From assembly GCA_047634195.1 (NCBI GenBank), contig JBLIDJ010000022.1, positions 1 to 24,000 on the forward strand: DNA of 24,000 nt, read 5' to 3'. A program made the translations under genes and the position numbers. Source of the DNA: Flavobacteriales bacterium (GTDB lineage Bacteria > Bacteroidota > Bacteroidia > Flavobacteriales_D > Luteibaculaceae). This document shows positions 17,620-24,000 of the stretch, one piece after another. Positions within the stretch are counted from its first letter, which is position 1. Every line of letters begins with the position of its first letter. The notes beneath the pieces are model-generated. The model was not told where the DNA came from. It made no database searches and was given only the letters and a program-made list of their open reading frames with translations.

Positions 17620-17776
17620 TTTTCACCATTACATTTTTATTGCTTTCTGGTGTAAGTTGCTCAATACTGTTCCAAGTTGGGCAAGTATTACATTTTTTTT
17701 TCTTTCTTGAAGTAGCACAAGAGCACATAAAAAGTACTGCGATAAAAACACTACATAGAGATATATTTCTTTTCAT
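17609..17776 (-). CDS. Small predicted lipoprotein (55 aa), not in the ORF track
   Basis: My translation: MKRNISLCSVFIAVLFMCSCATSRKKKKCNTCPTWNSIEQLTPESNKNVMVKNDD*. It has a signal peptide and a lipobox-like FMCSC. It overlaps the SprT-like start by 11 nt and is co-directional with it. Confidence 0.45.
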   Translation of the reverse strand: MKRNISLCSVFIAVLFMCSCATSRKKKKCNTCPTWNSIEQLTPESNKNVMVKNDD

Positions 17777-17835
17777 AAGACGTTTTCTTAGCTACAAAGA
17801 TAATAACCATTAAATTAGCATTAGAACAAATTATT

Positions 17836-18576
17836 ATGAACATCATAACCCACGTAGGAAAATATTTTTTGTTAATGAAAACGATGTTTTCAGTTCCAGA
17901 AAAAGGTAGAATGTATCGCATTCAGTATATTCGCGAATTGGACAATCTTGGAGTAGGATCTTTGGGAATTGTTGCCTTACTGTCTGTTTTTATGGGCGCT
18001 GTAATTACCCTGCAAACTGCTTCAAACATAAGCTCTGTGCTCATTCCAGCATACACAGTAGGTTTTGCGGCAAGACAGTCAATTATTTTAGAATTTAGTC
18101 CAACGATTATTTCCTTGATTTTGGCTGGAAAGATAGGCTCTAATATAGCCTCAGAGATAGGGACAATGCGCGTGACAGAACAAATTGATGCTTTAGAAAT
18201 AATGGGTGTCAACTCAGCTTCCTACTTGATTTTGCCAAAAATGCTTGCAGCAATTACGATAAATCCCTTCTTAATTATTATTAGCATGTTTTTGGGTATA
18301 GGCGGTGGATGGCTCGTGGGCCTCAGCTCTGGTGTTGTAAGCAGCCCCGATTTTTTGTATGGTATACAATATGACTTTAACAGTTTCACGATTGTGTATG
18401 CCATGATAAAAACAATTCTATTTGCTTTTGTCATCACTACAGTCTCGGCATATCATGGTTACTACACAAAAGGTGGTGCACTAGAAGTAGGGCGGAGTAG
18501 TACAAAAGCAGTTGTTTACAGCAGTATGCTTATTTTGATTATTAATTACGTAGTGACCCAATTATTATTGATATGA
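17836..18576 (+). CDS. mlaE: MlaE-family ABC transporter permease
   Basis: 246 aa. ILEFSPTIISLILAGKIGSNIASEIGTMRVTEQIDALEIMGVNS matches the MlaE core. Confidence 0.85.
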   Translation: MNIITHVGKYFLLMKTMFSVPEKGRMYRIQYIRELDNLGVGSLGIVALLSVFMGAVITLQTASNISSVLIPAYTVGFAARQSIILEFSPTIISLILAGKIGSNIASEIGTMRVTEQIDALEIMGVNSASYLILPKMLAAITINPFLIIISMFLGIGGGWLVGLSSGVVSSPDFLYGIQYDFNSFTIVYAMIKTILFAFVITTVSAYHGYYTKGGALEVGRSSTKAVVYSSMLILIINYVVTQLLLI

Positions 18577-19319
18577 TTCGAGTAAAAAATATTTCTAAAT
18601 CATTTAATGGCACTCAAGTATTAACAGATGTGAGTTTTGATTTTCTGAAAGGAAAAACCAATTTAATCATAGGCCAAAGTGGGTCTGGAAAGTCAGTACT
18701 TAACAAATGTATGGTTGGACTGTATGAAGCAGATGAAGGGGAAATATGGTATGAAGGTTTCAACCTAACACAAGCAGAAAAAAAAGAAAAACGAAACCTG
18801 CGAAAAGAAATAGGCATGTTGTTTCAAGGGAGTGCGTTATTTGATTCACTGACTGTGGAAGAAAATGTCATGTTTCCGTTGGATATGTTTTCTGACATGA
18901 GCATAGAAGAAAAATTAGACCGTGCAAACTTCTGTCTTACTAGAGTCAATTTGGATGACAAAAACCACATGTATCCTTCTGAGTTGAGTGGAGGAATGCA
19001 AAAAAGAGTAGGTATCGCTCGGGCTATCGCCTTAAATCCAAACTATTTGTTTTGCGATGAGCCCAACTCTGGTCTTGACCCTAAAACATCTATCGTTATT
19101 GATAATTTGATAAAGGATATCACAGAAGAATACGACATTACAACAGTTATCATCACACACGACATGAATTCAGTGCTGGAAATTGGAGAAAACATCTGTT
19201 TTATACACGAAGGTCAAAAATGGTGGGAAGGCAACAAAGAAGATATTCTTATAGCAGAAAATAAAGAGTTGGTTGATTTTGTATACGCATCTGATTTGAT
19301 GAGACGTTTGAAAAAATAA
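18573..19319 (+). CDS. mlaF: ABC transporter ATP-binding protein, MlaF-like
   Basis: Walker A GQSGSGKS, signature LSGGMQKRV, Walker B LFCDEP, H-loop ITHD. ATGA start/stop overlap with mlaE. Confidence 0.85.
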   Translation: MIRVKNISKSFNGTQVLTDVSFDFLKGKTNLIIGQSGSGKSVLNKCMVGLYEADEGEIWYEGFNLTQAEKKEKRNLRKEIGMLFQGSALFDSLTVEENVMFPLDMFSDMSIEEKLDRANFCLTRVNLDDKNHMYPSELSGGMQKRVGIARAIALNPNYLFCDEPNSGLDPKTSIVIDNLIKDITEEYDITTVIITHDMNSVLEIGENICFIHEGQKWWEGNKEDILIAENKELVDFVYASDLMRRLKK

Positions 19320-19343
19320 TTATCATTTGGCTTAAAACTTAAA

Positions 19344-19372
19344 CCCCCATTAACTCTTTGAGTTAATGGGGG
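19344..19372. terminator. Bidirectional rho-independent terminator (mlaF on + strand, T9SS paralog 1 on - strand)
   Basis: CCCCCATTAACTC-TTT-GAGTTAATGGGGG, a perfect 13-bp stem. T-run downstream on the + strand and an A-rich flank upstream (U-rich on the - strand). Confidence 0.85.
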
Positions 19373-19396
19373 TTTTTTAAAAAAAATTAACGTCTA

Positions 19397-21406
19397 TTAC
19401 TCCGTCACAACCATTTTACGCGTCAATTTCTGACCATTTACAGTTAAAGAGTAGTAGTATAAACCGGTTGTGAATTCAGTAGCATCTAATTCGATGTTGT
19501 ACTGACCTGCACCTCTAGATCCTTCGTCGATGTTCATTACTTGTTTTCCTGCGACATCATACACATTGAAAGAAACAATGCTTGCTTTTTTGTTTAACTG
19601 GTAAGTAATAGTTGTACCACTTTGGAAAGGGTTTGGTCTGTTTTGCGCTAAATAGAAATCTGGACGATTTGGAATTTCAGAAATTACTGTTGCTGAATCT
19701 ATTCTTCTGTACAATTCTATCATATTAATTCCTTGTGTATAACGAGTAGTCATTTCATCTCCAGTACCATACAGCCCATACGCTGCAGGTAGTTGATCAT
19801 TGCCTTGCCCATTCCCTCTTCTGGCACCTATGATACCTGCCACTTGATCGCCAGGCAAACTAATGCTGGCGGCATATACCACACCTAATGAGTTTCCTGG
19901 TAGAATTACAGAATCTTGATATAAATACTCATTAAATTCATCATCCGAATTAACAGACATAAAAGATAGCATCACACGCCTTTTTCCTAACATCTCTGCC
20001 TCTACTCCTACATCAACAATGTTGTTGCCAACTTTTTTAGAATTTGTTCCTACAAATAATGGCTTTGACAAATCAATAAATTGATCTGAGTTTGTCCCAT
20101 AAATACCATATTTTATTTTCGCTCCTACCTCTGTGTTATCAGTAAAAGCAGTAGCCATTGCTCTAAAGGTTATTGGCTCAAATTGAATCCAGCGAATGTA
20201 ATAATCTACTGGCTCCGGCTCTTTTAATTCATCACTTCCAAACAAATTGTCATGGTCGACAAAAGCAATATAATTTCGTGGTATAGCTGCCAAACAATCT
20301 TCTGTAATACTAAATTGTGCTGGCAATGTGTTATCTTCTATGGTTGCATCCATTAGTATGTTGTTCTCTCGTTCATGAACAGTCGCTTTCACCGCATAAT
20401 CTCCTGTCATCCATTCTTCAAGGTTGAATACAACTACAAGTGTATCTATTCCACCATAGGGTGGAATCATCATTGTATTTAATGAGTCTCCAATTATGAT
20501 GGTGTCACCATTTACAGCAAGTTCAAGCATCAAATAGGCATCAACTGAATAGTCACCATAGTTCTTGACTACAGCCATATATGCTTGATATTTAGCCAAG
20601 TCATAAGGCACTTGACCAAGTGCCCAATTAAAATCACCATACCCTAGGTTACCCCATGAAGCTCTTTCTATAGTCAGCATCTCCAAATCGGATATGGGAG
20701 CAGAATCGATACTTACATCATCTATTTGCCAGTAATAGTGTGAAGCAGTTCCCGCACCCCACGTAAATCTAAACACTACTGACGATTGACCTCCGGCGAC
20801 TTCTGAAATATTAACACGGAATAAATTGCTATAGGCAGCATTTACATCTCCAAATTTATTAACGATAAATTCGTGTGGAAAACTTACTCCTCCGTCAATA
20901 GAAACTTCTACACTTAATTGATGAGAGCTGGAACAACATAACCGATAGGCTTGACTAAAGCTTACAAAAACTGATGATCTATTAGAGAAGTCTAGTACTG
21001 GCGAAGCTAATGATCCTGTCCTCTCTATCACATTTCCTTGATCTACAATTGGATTAGAAAAATCAGCATCAAAAATCATAAAACCATTTGACTGAGTTTC
21101 AGAATCAATGATTTGTGATGTGTCTGAAAAATTCCCATTGGGTCCATCTAAATCATATAACCATAAAGCGGAATCTACTCCTGTTGTTGTCCAAGCACCA
21201 ACACCATTATTGCCATTTAAGCCATTCGCAAAATCTTCATAAAAAAAAGCAGTTGATCTATCAATAGTTCGATGATTACGACTTGTTTTAACAATTTCGT
21301 TTGATTTGGAAAGCACGTTTTCATCTTCAAGTTGCACATCATTTTGCGCGTTTAAGGCAAATGTTGCTGTTAACATCAATACTAAAATGGTAAGTTTTTT
21401 CATCAC
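19397..21406 (-). CDS. Secreted protein with T9SS type-A C-terminal sorting domain, paralog 1
   Basis: Signal peptide MMKKLTILVLMLTATFALNAQ. N-terminal jelly-roll-like module FYEDFANGL...GAWT...YYWQIDDVSID (reminiscent of choice-of-anchor J or MAM). C-terminal NPFQSGTTITYQL...VYDVAGKQV...GLYYYSLTVNGQKLTRKMVVTE is a T9SS CTD. Confidence 0.85.
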   Translation of the reverse strand: MMKKLTILVLMLTATFALNAQNDVQLEDENVLSKSNEIVKTSRNHRTIDRSTAFFYEDFANGLNGNNGVGAWTTTGVDSALWLYDLDGPNGNFSDTSQIIDSETQSNGFMIFDADFSNPIVDQGNVIERTGSLASPVLDFSNRSSVFVSFSQAYRLCCSSSHQLSVEVSIDGGVSFPHEFIVNKFGDVNAAYSNLFRVNISEVAGGQSSVVFRFTWGAGTASHYYWQIDDVSIDSAPISDLEMLTIERASWGNLGYGDFNWALGQVPYDLAKYQAYMAVVKNYGDYSVDAYLMLELAVNGDTIIIGDSLNTMMIPPYGGIDTLVVVFNLEEWMTGDYAVKATVHERENNILMDATIEDNTLPAQFSITEDCLAAIPRNYIAFVDHDNLFGSDELKEPEPVDYYIRWIQFEPITFRAMATAFTDNTEVGAKIKYGIYGTNSDQFIDLSKPLFVGTNSKKVGNNIVDVGVEAEMLGKRRVMLSFMSVNSDDEFNEYLYQDSVILPGNSLGVVYAASISLPGDQVAGIIGARRGNGQGNDQLPAAYGLYGTGDEMTTRYTQGINMIELYRRIDSATVISEIPNRPDFYLAQNRPNPFQSGTTITYQLNKKASIVSFNVYDVAGKQVMNIDEGSRGAGQYNIELDATEFTTGLYYYSLTVNGQKLTRKMVVTE

Positions 21407-21590
21407 ATTAAATTTTAATTACGACTAAAAATATTTTGAAAAGTAAGCCCAGGTATATCAGATTTATTTTCTTACATCCTAAATTAACTAAAAATGTTTT
21501 CGTTCAATAGTTTCAACAGATAACAATAACAGAATAATCACACATCCAACTTTCTACTGACATTAATAAAAATGTATTGACAAACAAAAA

Positions 21591-21617
21591 CCCCACTAAC
21601 TCAATGAGTTAATGGGG
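21591..21617 (-). terminator. Rho-independent terminator of T9SS paralog 2
   Basis: CCCCACTAACTC-AAT-GAGTTAATGGGG. The single mismatch becomes a G-U wobble on the minus-strand RNA, which then continues UUUUUGUUUG. Confidence 0.75.
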
Positions 21618-21643
21618 TTTAAAAAAAAGTTAGTTAACGTCTA

Positions 21644-23659
21644 TTACTCAGTAATAACCATTTTACGAGTCAATTTCTGACCGTTTACAGTTAATGAGTA
21701 GTAATATAAACCAGTAGTGAATTCAGTAGCATCTAATTCGATGTTGTACTGACCTGCACCTCTAGATCCTTCTTCGATGTTCATTACTTGTTTTCCAGTT
21801 ACATCAAACACGTTGAAAGAAACAGTGCTTGCTCTTTTGTTTAACTGGTAAGTAATAGTTGTACCACCTTGGAAAGGGTTTGGTCTGTTTTGTGCTAAGT
21901 AGAAATCAGGACGATTTTGAATTTCAGAAATAGCCGTTGTTGAATCTATCGCACGGTAAAGTTCAATCATATTCATTCCTGAAGACAAATAGGTAGCCAT
22001 TTCCCCGTCATCAAAAGGGCCATATTGAAGTGACATTTGTCTGTTTCCTTGACCGTTTCCATTTCTTGCACCAATAATACCCGCAACTGCATCGCCCGGT
22101 AGGCTTATACTTGCAGCGTATATTACTCCCAATGGATCACCAGGAAGAGTAACAGAATCTACATATAAAAACTCCTCAAAAGTATCATCATCAAAACCAG
22201 GTGACATAAACGGAAGAATAACACGCTCTGTACCTATCATATCAGCTTCAACTCCTAGGTCTTGATTTACACCACCTACAGTCTTATAGTTACGCCCAGA
22301 AAAGAATATAGTACCTTTATCTAGTATGTTTTCAATTGTTCCATAAATACCAAATGCGAATTGAGCTCCAAGGTCAGTAATATCGCTAAAAGCAGTTGAC
22401 ATAGCGCTAAAAGTAATTGGTTCAAACTGGATCCATCTGTTGTAATACTCAACTTTCTCTGGTGTTTCAAAATTGTCTTCGTCAATGTCAAATAAATTGT
22501 CATGTACCGTTGTAGCGATATAGTTGTGAGGAATTGGAGAAACAATTTCATCGGTGATACTAAACTGAGAAGGACGTATATTGTTCTCAGGGCTTGCATC
22601 CGAAGACAAATTAGCACCTAAAGTGTTAACTGTAGCTGTAACTGCATAATCACCTTCAATCCACACACTAGGTGTGTAGTTGATGAAGATTGTATCTATT
22701 CCACCATTTGCTGGAACAATAACATTATTCAATGAATCTCCAATTGAAATAATATCTCCGTTTATAGATAAATCAAGCATCAGATATGCTCTCGATGGAT
22801 TATCTGTATTGTTTTTTACAATTGCCATAAACAAACGAGATATTGCTACATCAGAAGGCTCTTGACCTAACGAATAGTTTTGTTGAAGACCTAAACTAAC
22901 AGTATCGTCATGAATCATTTCAAACGAGACCATAGACATATCAATAGCTGGAGCTGGATCAATAGAAATGTCATCTAATTGCCAGAAGTAATGAGTACTT
23001 CCTGCACCCCATGAAAATCTAAGTTTTACTAGAGGCTGATTAGAAACTATTTGAGTAATGTTAAAAGAATAATCTCCATTATAATTGCTATTAACTTCAC
23101 CACCTGAATTTATTTGAATAGTATTTTCAGCAAGATATGTAACACCACCATCTATTGATACTTCAAGGTTGATTTGGTGAGTCTGTGAACAACAATAACG
23201 GTATGCCTGAGACAAGGTGACTACTGCTGAAGTTTGACCAGCGAAGTTTAACAAAGGTGATACTAATGCTCCTACTCTTGCTGTATAACCCTGAGAACCA
23301 TCTCCATGTGAAAAATCAGCATCAAAAATCATAAAACCATTATCTACTGTAGGAGACTGAATGATTTGATTAACTGGATTCGAGAAAGCTCCATTAGGTC
23401 CATCAGTATCGTACATCCATAAGTCTGCATCTTGACCTTCTGCAGTCCAAGCTCCAAATCCGTTATTTCCGTCTAGTCCATTCGCGAAATCTTCATAAAA
23501 GAAAGCTGCTGATCTATCAATCGAACGATTGCTGCGAGTAGCATTGACAATTTCATTTGTTTTTGAAGGTAGAGCTTGGGCCTCAAATTGTGCAGCTGTT
23601 TGTGCACTCAAAGTAGAACCAGCTATCAAAGCCATACCAATAAAGGAAAGTTTTTTCAT
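21644..23659 (-). CDS. Secreted protein with T9SS type-A C-terminal sorting domain, paralog 2
   Basis: Signal peptide MKKLSFIGMALIAGSTLSAQ. Collinear with paralog 1 along its whole length, with the same N-terminal module and CTD. Confidence 0.85.
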   Translation of the reverse strand: MKKLSFIGMALIAGSTLSAQTAAQFEAQALPSKTNEIVNATRSNRSIDRSAAFFYEDFANGLDGNNGFGAWTAEGQDADLWMYDTDGPNGAFSNPVNQIIQSPTVDNGFMIFDADFSHGDGSQGYTARVGALVSPLLNFAGQTSAVVTLSQAYRYCCSQTHQINLEVSIDGGVTYLAENTIQINSGGEVNSNYNGDYSFNITQIVSNQPLVKLRFSWGAGSTHYFWQLDDISIDPAPAIDMSMVSFEMIHDDTVSLGLQQNYSLGQEPSDVAISRLFMAIVKNNTDNPSRAYLMLDLSINGDIISIGDSLNNVIVPANGGIDTIFINYTPSVWIEGDYAVTATVNTLGANLSSDASPENNIRPSQFSITDEIVSPIPHNYIATTVHDNLFDIDEDNFETPEKVEYYNRWIQFEPITFSAMSTAFSDITDLGAQFAFGIYGTIENILDKGTIFFSGRNYKTVGGVNQDLGVEADMIGTERVILPFMSPGFDDDTFEEFLYVDSVTLPGDPLGVIYAASISLPGDAVAGIIGARNGNGQGNRQMSLQYGPFDDGEMATYLSSGMNMIELYRAIDSTTAISEIQNRPDFYLAQNRPNPFQGGTTITYQLNKRASTVSFNVFDVTGKQVMNIEEGSRGAGQYNIELDATEFTTGLYYYSLTVNGQKLTRKMVITE

Positions 23660-23811
23660 CTGTTTATATTTTGGTTTATATTAAATTAACATCTATTAAT
23701 ACTTAGAATATCTATCTAAGATCACGAATGTATGCTAATTTTCGGTCTCGTATCGCCTTTATTCATTTTTATATTGCTCAATAAACACAAGTCTAGGCTA
23801 ACAGCAACAAA

Positions 23812-23842
23812 CCCCCCATTAACTACTTGTGTTAATGGGGGG
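23812..23842 (-). terminator. Probable terminator hairpin downstream of the third paralog
   Basis: CCCCCCATTAAC-TACTTGT-GTTAATGGGGGG, a 12-bp stem. The minus-strand RNA continues UUUGUUGCUGUU. Confidence 0.6.
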
Positions 23843-23865
23843 TTAACATTATAGTTAATTAATGT

Positions 23866-24000
23866 TACTCAGTAACAACCATTTTAAGAGTCAGTTTTTG
23901 ACCATTTACAGTTAAAGAGTAGTAGTCGTATAGACCTGTCGTGAATTCAGTAACATCTGCACCTTCTGCTGTCCAAGCAACAAATCCGTTATTCCCATCA
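23866..24000 (-). pseudogene. Third copy of the T9SS paralog family; an in-frame internal-deletion derivative (5' part outside the window)
   Basis: My translation of the minus strand: ...DGNNGFVAWTAEGADVTEFTTGLYDYYSLTVNGQKLTLKMVVTE*. The N-terminal motif (DGNNGFGAWTAEG in paralog 2, residues 63-75) is joined directly to the last 30 aa or so of the CTD. Confidence 0.6.

Noticed and set aside
17836-19319. An mlaE-mlaF pair with no mlaD (MCE) gene downstream, as a possibly incomplete or novel lipid transport system.
   Set aside because: The operon ends in a strong terminator, and the MCE component may simply be encoded elsewhere. The window cannot distinguish these possibilities, and I believe split arrangements are common in this phylum.
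19397-23659. A diversity-generating retroelement or other programmed hypervariation acting on the T9SS paralogs.
   Set aside because: There is no reverse transcriptase or template repeat in the window. The C-terminal ends, where DGR variable regions usually sit, are the most conserved part rather than the most variable.

Overview
A+T-rich chromosomal segment that looks like Bacteroidota, probably Flavobacteriia-like. Support for this: T9SS C-terminal sorting domains, the ftsX-DUF3098-uppP-truB gene order, and TAnnTTTG -7 boxes. Most of the window is ordinary housekeeping. On the + strand it carries a Wza-like exporter (5'-partial), recR, a large GT2 fusion protein, a 2-oxoacid dehydrogenase E2, a TPR/PD40 secreted protein and mlaE/mlaF-like ABC genes. 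A tightly packed minus-strand block (8.8-17.8 kb) carries ispD, queA, truB, uppP, DUF3098, ftsX, a tiny PLDc_N-like membrane protein, mannose-1-P guanylyltransferase, an aminotransferase, a SprT-like protein and an untracked 55-aa lipoprotein ORF. I see no transposase, integrase, cas, reverse transcriptase or recognisable defence gene. Two places are not ordinary. (1) A 988-bp gap between truB and queA has no credible ORF. It is saturated with dispersed and tandem short repeats, is almost G-free on the + strand, and has a core with nested inverted repeats. I cannot assign it to any RNA family or mobile element. (2) At 19.3-24.0 kb there is a head-to-tail array of paralogous T9SS-secreted proteins on the minus strand (669 aa, 671 aa, and a third copy). 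Each is followed by the same CCCCATTAAC/GTTAATGGGG hairpin. The 3' ends are near-identical while the cores have diverged, and the third copy appears to be an in-frame internal-deletion relic. All calls come from reading the sequence and from remembered family motifs; no searches were run.
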